Below the pieces are notes generated by a model. That model made no database searches, was not told the DNA's origin, and saw nothing but the letters and a program-made list of their open reading frames with translations. A DNA stretch of 58,824 nt from Candidatus Woesearchaeota archaeon (GTDB lineage Archaea; Nanobdellota; Nanobdellia; Woesearchaeales; ARS49), in contig JAFGHW010000017.1 in assembly GCA_016929895.1 (NCBI GenBank), positions 1-58,824 of the forward strand, read 5' to 3'. Made by a program: the position numbers and the translations under genes. Below, piece by piece: positions 8,147-18,534 of the stretch (position 1 is the first letter of the stretch; each line of letters opens with the position of its first letter).

Positions 8147-9202
8147 CTACTGGAAAGGGGTTATTTTTAAAGCATATTTACTGATTTGTGAAGCAGTATT
8201 TATGAAACCAGTTGATATTTCTACTGCTTTAAGAATCTTATCCATTCCACTATCATTTGTAAGCATCTTATTTTTGCCGTTCTCATCTCTCTTGGGGTGC
8301 ATTATGCTGTAATATTGCCCAATTTCAGCAGGATTTTTTTCAAAATATTTTTTAAATTCGCTTGAAAATTCATCAATTACCTTTTCGCAATATTTTCTGA
8401 AAAAACCATTTTTTTGCCATTCTTTTTCAAACCTTTGTTTGCCTATTTGTTCTTCTAACTTTTGAATAATGTCCTTGTTGCGATACTTAAATGATTTTTC
8501 TATTGCATTAAGAGCTAGTTCCCTAACATCTTCTCTTATTTGGATTACTTCCTTTTTATATTCGTCAGACACTCCTTCAAAATTTTCAAGCTTTTCTTCT
8601 CTTTTTTCACATAATGCAAGATAAGCAATAAGTGTAGTATGCGAAAATTGTTCTAATATGTCAATTCTTTCTTTTTTAGAAAGCAAATTGTCATCAATTG
8701 TTCTTAAAATATTTTCGCTAATATTCTGGTCAATAGAAACGCCGTCTTTATATGCATTTGCTAAGTCATTAATTGCGGCGATGTGCTCATTAACTTCTCT
8801 TTGATAATCTTTTTCTTTATCTTTTTTATAAGGCCGACACCAGTCTGTTTTAGAGCCTAATTTCTTTATTCTATCTTTTTGCATGTCTTCTATTTCGTGA
8901 GCATTTATTTTTCTTGCTACACTTGTATCTCCTTTGTCGAAGATATTCAAAGCAGTTTTTGTGTCTTTTTCTAGGGCTTTTTGTGTTTCAGTATCTGCTA
9001 TTGAATCTATCCATGTCGGAGTTGTCCTTTGTTTTTGCGCGGGTTTTTGCAGCAAAAGATAATTTTCAATAATGGCAGTGTTGGCACTATTTTCGTGTTC
9101 TGTGGGGCTTTTTTCTTGTTCATTTGCCTTTAATTTCTCCAGAACCCTATCAAACATACTTGTGCGTTTCTTTTTGTCTCTTCTTGAGCCATTCATATTC
9201 AT
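8147..9202 (-). CDS. Hypothetical helical protein (351 aa)
   Basis: Long ORF with a TATA (TTTATAAATA) just upstream; no recognisable family motif. Confidence 0.7.
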   Translation of the reverse strand: MNMNGSRRDKKKRTSMFDRVLEKLKANEQEKSPTEHENSANTAIIENYLLLQKPAQKQRTTPTWIDSIADTETQKALEKDTKTALNIFDKGDTSVARKINAHEIEDMQKDRIKKLGSKTDWCRPYKKDKEKDYQREVNEHIAAINDLANAYKDGVSIDQNISENILRTIDDNLLSKKERIDILEQFSHTTLIAYLALCEKREEKLENFEGVSDEYKKEVIQIREDVRELALNAIEKSFKYRNKDIIQKLEEQIGKQRFEKEWQKNGFFRKYCEKVIDEFSSEFKKYFEKNPAEIGQYYSIMHPKRDENGKNKMLTNDSGMDKILKAVEISTGFINTASQISKYALKITPFQ

Positions 9203-9254
9203 TTTTAAGGTTGTTTTTATTTATAAATATTCTTTATGTATGCTTGTAAAATAA

Positions 9255-9345
9255 ACACTTTTCAGCCTTATTTGGTTAATCAAAGCTTTATCCCGGCTTA
9301 TTTTACTTTACGGCGAACCAATGCGGATTAAATCGCCTATTATGA
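9255..9345 (-). ncRNA. Candidate structured small RNA or leader
   Basis: Own BRE/TATA at 9364-9379, GGCGA/TCGCC stem, two possible loop pairings, no minus-strand ORF. Confidence 0.35.
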
Positions 9346-9405
9346 TATTAAAGCAGAAAGAGACTTATAAAGATTGCGGTTATTTGTAACTATTCAGTAG
9401 TTATT

Positions 9406-12400
9406 CTACTTCTTTTTTTCAACAATATCTGAATAGATTTTCTTTAAACTATCAAAAACATCTGGCTGTTTTGGCTGTTTAGAAAGCCTTCTAAGCTTTT
9501 TAAATACTCTTGGCTCGGTTTTTTTCTTGCGTTTTGTTAATTTTTTTCTTTTCTTTAGTATCCTAACTTCAGGAAGCTTTGACTTAATCTTGCCTTTTTC
9601 TGCTTTTTTGAGAGCTAAACTAAGTTTAGGAACAAAAGATGTCTTTGCAGGAGTTTTTTTAGAACTAATAATATTTTTAATAATATTCTCTCTCTTGAAG
9701 TCTTTAAATGCCTTAAACAAATTCGGCTTGAAAACAGTTTTTTTAATAGGAACCCTAATTTGTCTTTTTTCAGGAATTGTTTTGATTACTATTCTCGCTT
9801 TGCTTACATGTGATCTTTTCTCAAAGATAAAAAATAGCACGATAATGATAATAATTGTAGTAATTCCAATAAGCGGCCAGAACAAAGATTTTTCTGAAAA
9901 ACCAGATAACATGCCTTTTATTGCAGCACCTGATTGCTGTTCATAAGAAGAACCGGAATCAATCGCAGATGTTCTGCCAGTATTTCCATCTGTTGCGGGC
10001 TGTTCATGTGCATAGCCTGAAATAGTTGTTGTTGCGGGAATATTTTCATCAAGCAAATTAATCTTTAAAATTACATATCCTAGACTCACTGAAGCAGGAG
10101 TTATGATTAAGTCATTATAACCATTATTATCGATATCAACAATTAATTCCTCATTTAAATAAACAAAATAATCCCTTAGAACAGAAGCAATAGTAATATG
10201 AACCATTTTATTTGAATACAAAATATCTGAAATAGTAATTGTATGAATAAAATTCTTGTAACTAAATTCAAGAACATCTGATTTTAACAAACGATTACTA
10301 ACGAACTCTTTATTCGTTAATAATTCATTAGTAATGTCAAAGGTATTATAATTTGTAACGCCGCCAACAAAAGAACTGCCGCCGCCTCCGCCGCCTCCAG
10401 GCGTTGTTGATGGACTGCTTTGTTCATCTCCAAATAAACCAAAATGACTAAATATGGAAATATTGGAATACACTACTTTATTTGTGGTATCAAGAGAACT
10501 ACTTAAAGCAGACCAAACTGATCCATCATACCGATAAATACCAACAGTTGATTCATCAATACTTGAAATATCTGAATCAGAATAACTTATGTTAATTTCA
10601 ATCCAGTCACCATTAGTTTTGGTGATATTCAAATATTTGGCTAAAGAATCTTTGCCCGAAGGGTCTGCTGCTGGATTTTCAACACCCTTAATCTCAGTAG
10701 TAGTTCCATTATACCTGGGAACACTAAAAGTAACGCTGCCAGGATAAATAGTGTTATTCATTATAGTATTATTCTCGCTGGATGAAAACCGAATATCCCA
10801 CGTAGCTATATTTGAAAGGTTGTTATCTGCGAGCCTATTAGTATGAGAATTAGTTATGGCGATTCCTCTCCAATTATTGCCCCAAATAGAATTATTAATA
10901 ATAATATTCCGATTTGAAGCAGATGCCAAATTAAATCCATTAGTATTATTATTTACAACATTCTCTGAAAAAATATTATCACAAGAATTTGCAGTATAAA
11001 CTCCACTTCCTGTAGTATAACTAAGAGTGTTTCTAGTAACACTATTATTATGCGCATCAGGATTAAAATACAAACTATTAGAGTTATTAATAACAGAATT
11101 ATTAGTTATAGTATTGTTAATGCTGCTATTCAAGTAAATGGCGTAACTAAAATTATAAATTTTACAATTCTTAATCGTAACATTCTTGATATTATTCAAT
11201 CTGAATCCATAACCATCCGCGCTTCTATTGCCAAGCAAAGTAAATCCAGCGCAATCAAACGTAATATTGCTTGCATTAATCATAAAACAACTAGTATTCA
11301 CACTAATATTAGCTAATAAAGTTGCATCATAATTTATATAACTGCAATTAGCACTTCCCAAAGGACCAAAAATACTAAAACTAGATAGATTAGCAGAAAC
11401 AACGTTATTTGTTTCGTCTCTAGTTGTTGCAAGAGGAGTCCATGCTGAGCCAGTATAATGAAACATAGTCAAAGACGATTCAGAAATGCCTGATACATCT
11501 GAATCTGCATAACTAATATTCATAACAACCCAATCTGTTCCAGAAATATTCAAATATTTAGAGATATTTCTATACGGATTTGTGTCGTAGGTATAATCAG
11601 TTCCGCTGATATTTAAATTCCCGGAATATTTTGAAAATGAAAATGTAGTTGGATAAGAGCCAACAGTATTGTTTAAAAATGTATTATTTTCTGCCCCATC
11701 AACTATAATGTCGAAAATATCATTTGAAAGATTATTATTTGTAAACGTATTATCATGCGGACCAAAATAAATATTCATTCCGTATACATTATCTTTTAAA
11801 GTATTATTTGAAACATAAGTATTTTCTACTGCAAGCTGAAAAAATAATCCATATTCGTTATCTTGAAAACTATTACTGGTTAGATTATTAGATTTTCCAA
11901 TGGCGCAACTTATTCCATATGAATTGTTATTTGCGATATTATCTTTAGCTAATATATTATTAACACCTGATAATGCTATTCCAACCATACTATTATTATT
12001 CGCTGTATTTCCAGTAATATTAACATCATATGAAGAACTGACATAAATCCCATATTCTTGGTATAATACTGTATTATTCACAACTGTGCTATTGTGAGAA
12101 AAACTCAAAACATAAATCCCGTACATGTTCCCTGTTACTGAACGTGAATTGTTTTTGATGGTATTATTAATAATATTTGTATTAATCGACGTTTGAACAA
12201 CAATAGCAGTATCTGAATTATCATCAAAATTATTATTAGCAATACCATTATATCCGCAGGATGACAAATACATACCATAAACAGTCTTAGCATCATCTCC
12301 ATTAAGACTTATATTGTTATTAAAGATTTTATTATGACCGCAAGAAGCCATCCTAATTCCATTATCGCTATGTTCATCACCATTGTACATGATACTATTA

Positions 12401-12825
12401 TTTTCTATAATGCTATTATTAATGCCTGCAAAATAAATACCATAACTTGGGCTTGAATTAATGCTATTATTAATAATGAAAATCTCTTTGCCTCCAAGAG
12501 ATGCATCAATATTTGGAGCAAATAAATCTATTTTACAATTTTTAATGGTTATATTAGATAAAGAATAATTAATAAAAATTCCCGGATTCATGCTTGCACC
12601 GGTTAAGGAATGACCCTCGCAATTTAAAGAAACATTACTAACTGTAATATTGATACAAAAATCTCCAGAACTAGTAATATCCTGAGTAAGATTATACTCT
12701 CCCTGAGTGCTAATATTAAATTTGCAATCACTGATAGAAATAATAGCATTCACTGAAAAAGCAAGAATCAAAAGAGATATAACAAAAACTAACAATAACA
12801 AAATACCCCTCTTTTTAATACTCAT
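9406..12825 (-). CDS. Large secreted, membrane-anchored right-handed beta-helix (NosD/CASH-like) surface glycoprotein
   Basis: Signal peptide; many N-x-x-x-N-N-x-x-G-I-x-L repeats; two duplicated modules; poly-Gly linker; C-terminal TM helix and Lys-rich tail; many N-x-S/T sequons. Confidence 0.85.
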   Translation of the reverse strand: MSIKKRGILLLLVFVISLLILAFSVNAIISISDCKFNISTQGEYNLTQDITSSGDFCINITVSNVSLNCEGHSLTGASMNPGIFINYSLSNITIKNCKIDLFAPNIDASLGGKEIFIINNSINSSPSYGIYFAGINNSIIENNSIMYNGDEHSDNGIRMASCGHNKIFNNNISLNGDDAKTVYGMYLSSCGYNGIANNNFDDNSDTAIVVQTSINTNIINNTIKNNSRSVTGNMYGIYVLSFSHNSTVVNNTVLYQEYGIYVSSSYDVNITGNTANNNSMVGIALSGVNNILAKDNIANNNSYGISCAIGKSNNLTSNSFQDNEYGLFFQLAVENTYVSNNTLKDNVYGMNIYFGPHDNTFTNNNLSNDIFDIIVDGAENNTFLNNTVGSYPTTFSFSKYSGNLNISGTDYTYDTNPYRNISKYLNISGTDWVVMNISYADSDVSGISESSLTMFHYTGSAWTPLATTRDETNNVVSANLSSFSIFGPLGSANCSYINYDATLLANISVNTSCFMINASNITFDCAGFTLLGNRSADGYGFRLNNIKNVTIKNCKIYNFSYAIYLNSSINNTITNNSVINNSNSLYFNPDAHNNSVTRNTLSYTTGSGVYTANSCDNIFSENVVNNNTNGFNLASASNRNIIINNSIWGNNWRGIAITNSHTNRLADNNLSNIATWDIRFSSSENNTIMNNTIYPGSVTFSVPRYNGTTTEIKGVENPAADPSGKDSLAKYLNITKTNGDWIEINISYSDSDISSIDESTVGIYRYDGSVWSALSSSLDTTNKVVYSNISIFSHFGLFGDEQSSPSTTPGGGGGGGSSFVGGVTNYNTFDITNELLTNKEFVSNRLLKSDVLEFSYKNFIHTITISDILYSNKMVHITIASVLRDYFVYLNEELIVDIDNNGYNDLIITPASVSLGYVILKINLLDENIPATTTISGYAHEQPATDGNTGRTSAIDSGSSYEQQSGAAIKGMLSGFSEKSLFWPLIGITTIIIIIVLFFIFEKRSHVSKARIVIKTIPEKRQIRVPIKKTVFKPNLFKAFKDFKRENIIKNIISSKKTPAKTSFVPKLSLALKKAEKGKIKSKLPEVRILKKRKKLTKRKKKTEPRVFKKLRRLSKQPKQPDVFDSLKKIYSDIVEKKK

Positions 12826-12871
12826 TATATATAGTTTTTACAAGAAAATGTATATAAATGTTTCGCAAGAA

Positions 12872-13474
12872 TCATCGAGCAGCATCTGCCTGCCTTTCAA
12901 CTTCATTCTTCTTAGAAATAGCCAAACTTTTAGGATCTAATCTATACGCCGCGATTATTTCATTAGCAAGAGCCATCTGAACAGAAGTTTTCTTATTAAA
13001 ACACTTATCATAAGTTCCCTGAACAAAATACCTCAATGCAATATCAACTCTTCTCTGAGGCGCGCATTCAACAGCCTTTGGATATCTTGCGCCCCCGTAT
13101 TCAATAGTGACAATCTCTTCTCTGGGAGCAGAATTTTCAATAGCCTTGGCCAAAACCTTAATAGGATTTTCCTTAATCTTTTGTTCGACTATTCTAAAAG
13201 CGTTCTCAACAATCTTATAAACAGTAACTGCCTTGCCTGCGCAAGGACCAGAAGTTCTAAAATGTTTTTTACCCTTATGACCTGGCACAGCCAGCTTATT
13301 CATCAATCTTTCAACAATAAAAACCCTGCTTTTATGAAATCTCTTGCCAGCATACTTAGCTCCGGTCTTAGGAACCAAACGCGCCTGCAGGTTAATATAA
13401 TTCTGCAAACCAAGATCTTCAATCTTAATACCTTCTGAACTCCACTTATTAAAAGCCAATACCTCAGTACTCAT
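12872..13474 (-). CDS. rps7: 30S ribosomal protein uS7 (archaeal)
   Basis: [38 protein letters not shown]-terminal ERQADAAR. Confidence 0.97.
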   Translation of the reverse strand: MSTEVLAFNKWSSEGIKIEDLGLQNYINLQARLVPKTGAKYAGKRFHKSRVFIVERLMNKLAVPGHKGKKHFRTSGPCAGKAVTVYKIVENAFRIVEQKIKENPIKVLAKAIENSAPREEIVTIEYGGARYPKAVECAPQRRVDIALRYFVQGTYDKCFNKKTSVQMALANEIIAAYRLDPKSLAISKKNEVERQADAAR

Positions 13475-13908
13475 TTTCTTGCTTTCTCCAGTTTACCGCT
13501 TAATAAATCCCTTAAACTCTGGCCATTAACCTTTAAAACCTGCCACCTAACACCAGGAATATCCCCCTTTGACCTTCCTTTTTTGCCGCCAATACATTCG
13601 ATAATAACTTCATCGTGCTCGTCAACCATTTTCTGAGCACCGTCCCTTGGCAAAAAAGCAGTAACCTGCCTTCCATTTTTAATTAATTGAACACGAACAC
13701 ATTTTCTCATAGCAGAATTAGGCTGTTTGGCTTCTAATTGCACTTTTTCAAGAACAATCCCCTTTGCCTGAGAAGCCCCTTCCAAAGGATCTGCTTTCTT
13801 TTTAAGATTGAAAAGACGCCTATTAAACTTAACCTGCAAAAGCTTGCTCATATGCCTTTTTCTTTTAAGCTTTCTTCCAGTGTTCAATCCGCGAGATTTA
13901 TTAGCCAT
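13471..13908 (-). CDS. rps12: 30S ribosomal protein uS12 (archaeal)
   Basis: [33 protein letters not shown]. The ATG at 13908 overlaps the nusA stop. Confidence 0.97.
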   Translation of the reverse strand: MANKSRGLNTGRKLKRKRHMSKLLQVKFNRRLFNLKKKADPLEGASQAKGIVLEKVQLEAKQPNSAMRKCVRVQLIKNGRQVTAFLPRDGAQKMVDEHDEVIIECIGGKKGRSKGDIPGVRWQVLKVNGQSLRDLLSGKLEKARK

Positions 13909-14335
13909 TCTTTTTGCCAACTCTTAATTCCTTAATAGGAAAATATCGTTTAATAACAGATTCATTAAATCTAAGATTACAGGCGTTTTTACCAATTAAA
14001 ATACTCCTTGTCTTTGAATCAACAGGAATTATAGTAAAAATCCCGTCTTCTTCAATGATATCTGCGACCTTTAAGGGATATGCCAGGTTCTTTATAAAGC
14101 TTACGAGTTCAGAAGCAAACTCAACAATCTTAATCTTTTTCTTAAATATTCTTTCTAATTTTTTAACATTAACGCCTTTAGCACCAACTGCCCTGCCGAT
14201 TTCACCCGGATTAACAATGAACAATAACACTTCATCACCAACTACAAGATCCTTAAGCCGGGATTTAGTAATCATTTCAAAAGAAGACATTATTTTCATT
14301 GAAGTGGAATCATAAATAATCTTAGACATCATCAT
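13901..14335 (-). CDS. nusA: Archaeal NusA (KH-domain transcription factor)
   Basis: [14 protein letters not shown] and [11 protein letters not shown] motifs; canonical position between L30e and S12. Confidence 0.93.
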   Translation of the reverse strand: MMMSKIIYDSTSMKIMSSFEMITKSRLKDLVVGDEVLLFIVNPGEIGRAVGAKGVNVKKLERIFKKKIKIVEFASELVSFIKNLAYPLKVADIIEEDGIFTIIPVDSKTRSILIGKNACNLRFNESVIKRYFPIKELRVGKKNG

Positions 14336-14619
14336 TTACCTTTCAAAACCCCTAAAACAGAAATAGAAAAAGGCTTTTTGCAAACAACTCCTAATTCGTC
14401 AGAAGGCAATCGGAGTTTCTTGACTTCAACATCTGCCAGCATAGCATACTTATCTATGTTTTTTATCTTTTTATCATCACAGTTGGCTGACAAAAAAACC
14501 ACAGACAATTTGCCTGTTCTAAGTGATTTGACTGTTCTTTCAAAACCAATGATAATCTTTTTCGCAGCCAATAATTTTCTTATCTTTACTGTTGTTTCTG
14601 AAATCTTTTTTTTAGCCAT
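14332..14619 (-). CDS. rpl30e: 50S ribosomal protein eL30
   Basis: IIGFERTVKSL and ELGVVCKKPFSISVL; operon position. Confidence 0.93.
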   Translation of the reverse strand: MAKKKISETTVKIRKLLAAKKIIIGFERTVKSLRTGKLSVVFLSANCDDKKIKNIDKYAMLADVEVKKLRLPSDELGVVCKKPFSISVLGVLKGK

Positions 14620-14620
14620 A

Positions 14621-15751
14621 CTACTTAATCACCTTTGTCAATAAGCCAGGCAAACCAGTTCCAACAGGGACCGGCTGGTTAAGCATAACATTCTCAACAA
14701 CAGAATTAAGAAAGTCAATCTCTCCAACAAGAGATGCATTGATAATATGCTTGATAGGAGTTTCAAAACTTGCCCTGGCAAGAACAGAAGATTTTTCACT
14801 AACAACACCATAACGAGTAATGCCCTTGATTTCACCAGAAGAACACATAGTATCTGCAACAAGCATAATGTGGCGTATATCAACATTTAATGCCTGCGCT
14901 TCAATAACCTTAAAAACCTCATCAATAATTGCCTGTCTTGCTGCTTCAATACCCAAAACTTTTTGAATCTCATAAATATCATTACAAGTAGTTCGTGTTT
15001 CATCAACAAAATCAAGATCTAAAATTTTCTTCAAATTACTTCCAGCAGTGATAATAATAAACTCATCACGCCTTTTAACAGGCAAAATCTGAGAAACACC
15101 CTTAATACCACAAACATAAACACTTCTTAATTTCTCTTTAGCCTTGTATAAGTCATTCAATCCCTTTTCATCACGGCCGCGAAGCTTAACAACAAGACCG
15201 CCCTCTTCATTCTCCTTAGAAGAAACTTCTTTTCCAAGAGCCTTGTCAATAGCTTTAATCAAAAGCGCGGGCTTGACACCTATAACCGCCATTTTTTCCA
15301 AGTTAAGCTTAAGCTCAATCTTGAGATCAACAATATTAATAACATACTCTTTAATAAATTCTCCGAGAACAGATTCTTTAATACGCATAGCAATGTTATG
15401 AATATCCTTGCCTTTGTTAAAAGGAGATTTTAAGAAAATCTCCATCATAGGAGTTGCAATATTCTTACGGCCGTCAAGAATTTCAATAATCCTGGGAAGG
15501 CCCATTGTGACATTCATTTCAGCAACGCCAGCAAAATGAAAAGTATTCAAAGTCATCTGAGTGCCGGGTTCGCCGATGGATTCTGCACTAACCAAGCCGA
15601 CTGCTTCGCCAGCATCAATCTTAGCATCGCAATATTCCTTATAAACACGCGCTGCAACTTTTTTAATTTTTGACGCAGGACATTTTTCTTCAATCTCATT
15701 TAAAATACTTTCAGGAAGGGTATCTGCATATTTTTTTAGTTCTTCATGCAT
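14621..15751 (-). CDS. rpoA2: DNA-directed RNA polymerase subunit A''
   Basis: [35 protein letters not shown]; GAGGT RBS before the ATG at 15751. Confidence 0.97.
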   Translation of the reverse strand: MHEELKKYADTLPESILNEIEEKCPASKIKKVAARVYKEYCDAKIDAGEAVGLVSAESIGEPGTQMTLNTFHFAGVAEMNVTMGLPRIIEILDGRKNIATPMMEIFLKSPFNKGKDIHNIAMRIKESVLGEFIKEYVINIVDLKIELKLNLEKMAVIGVKPALLIKAIDKALGKEVSSKENEEGGLVVKLRGRDEKGLNDLYKAKEKLRSVYVCGIKGVSQILPVKRRDEFIIITAGSNLKKILDLDFVDETRTTCNDIYEIQKVLGIEAARQAIIDEVFKVIEAQALNVDIRHIMLVADTMCSSGEIKGITRYGVVSEKSSVLARASFETPIKHIINASLVGEIDFLNSVVENVMLNQPVPVGTGLPGLLTKVIK

Positions 15752-15767
15752 TTTAAACCTCAATTAA

Positions 15768-18533
15768 TTAACTTTCATCAATAATTTTTTGAACATCAAT
15801 CTTTCCAGACTCTGAACGAGCAACATCAATACCATCTTCGCCATACTTGAACTGAATTATTCTTCCATTGGCATCACGAACAGACTCGTCATATTCTGTT
15901 CTTAAATCCTGCATTGCATTAGCCAGTCTTCTATAAAGATAACCTGACTTAGGAGTTCTTAAAGCAGTATCCATCAAACTATCTCTTCCTAAAATCGCAT
16001 GAAAGAAAAACTCACCTGGCTTAAGACCGTGCTTAAATCCATTGCGTACAAAACCATGAGCAGCAGGACTCAAATCTCCTGGCTTAAAACAAGACAGAGT
16101 TCTTCCTTTATACCCTTTTTCAATACGCTTTCCTCTTAAAACCTGCTGGCCTGCACAAGCACTAATCTGAGAAACATTAAGATAAGAACCAACAGCTCCA
16201 GATTCAGCCATAATAATAGAATGCGCATTCTTATTAGCAAAATCCTTAACAACAACACCGCATTTGGTTCTAGAACGATTAAGAATCTCAAGAATCTTAA
16301 GCTCAAGAGTTTCTTTTAATGTTTTACCAGGATATGACTGGAGTTCACCCGCATTAAACTTCTTAATAACATTGCTAACCTCTTCTTCAGCAGAATTCAG
16401 AATGTCCTGAATCTTATCATTGGCCTCTGCAGGCAAATCAGTATCTGAAATCAATGCAGACAATCCATTCCTTAATAAGGCTTCAATGCCCAAGCATAAA
16501 ATCTTGTGAAGAATCTCAACAGTTTTTGAAGCCCCATATTTTTTATGCAACGACCTTAACAGCAACCCTGCGCCTTCTCCGCCAAGAGATACCTTATCCA
16601 TAACTCCTTCAATTAATCTTCCATTTTCAATAACAACAGGCTCTCCTGACTTGGATTTTCCCTTAAAATTAAAGTCCTCTGGAAGAACTGAACTAAAAAT
16701 TTCTCTTCCATTCAGTACTTTTTTATTAGGCAGTCTTGAAAAATCAATAACTCCAGCAGAACAAAGAAAATCAATTGCCTTTTCTCTTGTCATTTCGAGA
16801 AATTTAGTTAAAATATAATTTCCAGAGATACCGTCATGAAGGCAGCCAATAACTGAAAGCCCGTATCTAGGAGAAACAATCTGTGTTTGAACCTCCATCA
16901 AAATTTCAGCCTCTGCTCTTGCTTCTTCTGTTTGCGGAATGTGCAAATTCATTTCATCACCATCAAAGTCTGCGTTATACGGTGCGCAAACAACAGGATT
17001 TAATCTTAATGTCCTGTAAGGCAAAACTTTAACTCTGTGGCACATCATGCTCATTCTATGCAGAGACGGCTGACGATTAAAAATAGCAATATCGCCATCC
17101 ATTAAATGCCTCTCAATTTTATAACCTGGCTGCAATTCTTCTAAAGCCGCCTCTTTTGTTTCATCAGTAATTTTCTTCTTTTTGCCGTCAGGCCGGATAA
17201 TATAATTAGAGCCTGGATAAACAGCAGGCCCTTTTTCAACAAATTTTTTCAGATATGCCGCGTTCCATTCATTAACAGTTTCAGGAACAGTCAATTTCAT
17301 AGCAACGGTTAAAGGAACACCAACCTCGTTGATTTTAAGCATAGGATCAGGGCTAATAACAGTTCTAGCACAGAAATTAGTACGTTTTCCTGCCAAATTA
17401 TGCCTTATTCTTCCTTCTTTAGACTTAATCCTGTCAGTAATAGTTTTCAATGGCTGGCCAGAACGGTGCCTGGCAGGAGGCAATTGAGCAATGTTATTAT
17501 CAAAAAAAGTAGTAACGTGATACTGAAGCAGGTCCCATAAATCTTCAATAATAATTTCAGGAGCGCCAGCATTAATATTTTCAAAAAGCCTCTGATTAAT
17601 CCTGACAATATCCCCTAATTTATGAGTCAAATCATCCTCGCTTCGCTCGCCTGATTCCAAAGTTATTGACGGCCTGACAGTAACAGGAGGAATCGGCAAA
17701 ATAGTCAAAACCATCCATTCTGGACGAGACGCTTTAGGGTTAATGCCAAAAACAAGGCAATCATTATCGGGAATTTTTTCCAGTCTTGCCCTCACATCAA
17801 TAGGGCTTAATCTTTTTTCATTTTCCATAAAAGTAGAAGGCTTTTCAAGACTTATTTTTTGTTGCTTGGCCTTGCAATGCGGGCACTTATTAATAGTTTT
17901 TAAATCAGAAATAACCTTTTTAACCATTGACCGCCTTGCCTCGATGCCTTCTTCTTGTTCAACAACATCCAATTGCCTGCAAATAGTTTTAATCTTATCT
18001 TCAGGAATCAAAATACGGCTGCACTCCCTGCAAGTAGACCTTAATAAATCATGAATAACATTAATAAATTTAATATGAACAACAGACCTTGCAAGTTCAA
18101 TATACCCAAAATGACCAATACATTCCTTTAATTTAGAACCACATGTCTTGCACCGTAAACCTGGATCAATAACTCCTAACCTAACATCCATTAAACCGCC
18201 GTCAACAGGATAACCTTCTTTATCGTAGAGTTCAGGAGTAACAATTTTGGCTGAAGCCATTTTTTTAATCATCTTAGGAGAAAGCATTCCAAAAACAATA
18301 CTAGAGACCTGCTTGAAAACAAAATGCTGCATAGCTTCAACTCTTTCGCGAGTCATTTCTTCTTTTTTTTCCTCTGCTTCACTGGGCTCTTCCTTAGAAG
18401 TTTCTATTTCTTCCAAAGGCTGTTCAGCATCATGAACTTCTTTGCTTTCTTCCTCAGGCACTTCTTTGATAGTCTCTTCCTTTTTCTCAAGTTCCTTTGT
18501 TTGGTTTTCTTCTGTTTTTTTCTTTTTAGCCAT
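15768..18533 (-). CDS. rpoA1: DNA-directed RNA polymerase subunit A'
   Basis: Catalytic YNADFDGDEMN, NRQPSLHR, Zn-binding CxxC motifs; acidic N-terminal extension. Confidence 0.98.
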   Translation of the reverse strand: MAKKKKTEENQTKELEKKEETIKEVPEEESKEVHDAEQPLEEIETSKEEPSEAEEKKEEMTRERVEAMQHFVFKQVSSIVFGMLSPKMIKKMASAKIVTPELYDKEGYPVDGGLMDVRLGVIDPGLRCKTCGSKLKECIGHFGYIELARSVVHIKFINVIHDLLRSTCRECSRILIPEDKIKTICRQLDVVEQEEGIEARRSMVKKVISDLKTINKCPHCKAKQQKISLEKPSTFMENEKRLSPIDVRARLEKIPDNDCLVFGINPKASRPEWMVLTILPIPPVTVRPSITLESGERSEDDLTHKLGDIVRINQRLFENINAGAPEIIIEDLWDLLQYHVTTFFDNNIAQLPPARHRSGQPLKTITDRIKSKEGRIRHNLAGKRTNFCARTVISPDPMLKINEVGVPLTVAMKLTVPETVNEWNAAYLKKFVEKGPAVYPGSNYIIRPDGKKKKITDETKEAALEELQPGYKIERHLMDGDIAIFNRQPSLHRMSMMCHRVKVLPYRTLRLNPVVCAPYNADFDGDEMNLHIPQTEEARAEAEILMEVQTQIVSPRYGLSVIGCLHDGISGNYILTKFLEMTREKAIDFLCSAGVIDFSRLPNKKVLNGREIFSSVLPEDFNFKGKSKSGEPVVIENGRLIEGVMDKVSLGGEGAGLLLRSLHKKYGASKTVEILHKILCLGIEALLRNGLSALISDTDLPAEANDKIQDILNSAEEEVSNVIKKFNAGELQSYPGKTLKETLELKILEILNRSRTKCGVVVKDFANKNAHSIIMAESGAVGSYLNVSQISACAGQQVLRGKRIEKGYKGRTLSCFKPGDLSPAAHGFVRNGFKHGLKPGEFFFHAILGRDSLMDTALRTPKSGYLYRRLANAMQDLRTEYDESVRDANGRIIQFKYGEDGIDVARSESGKIDVQKIIDES

Positions 18534-18534
18534 T

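Noticed and set aside
9262-9312. AAGTAAAATAAGCC / AAATAAGGCT resemblance to a Cas9 tracrRNA nexus
   Set aside because: Short AT-rich match only; no cas gene, repeat array or anti-repeat in the window.
10700-12700. Asn-rich (AAT/AAC) repeats as a diversity-generating retroelement template or variable region
   Set aside because: No reverse transcriptase and no near-identical pair differing only at adenines was seen; explained by beta-helix Asn ladders.
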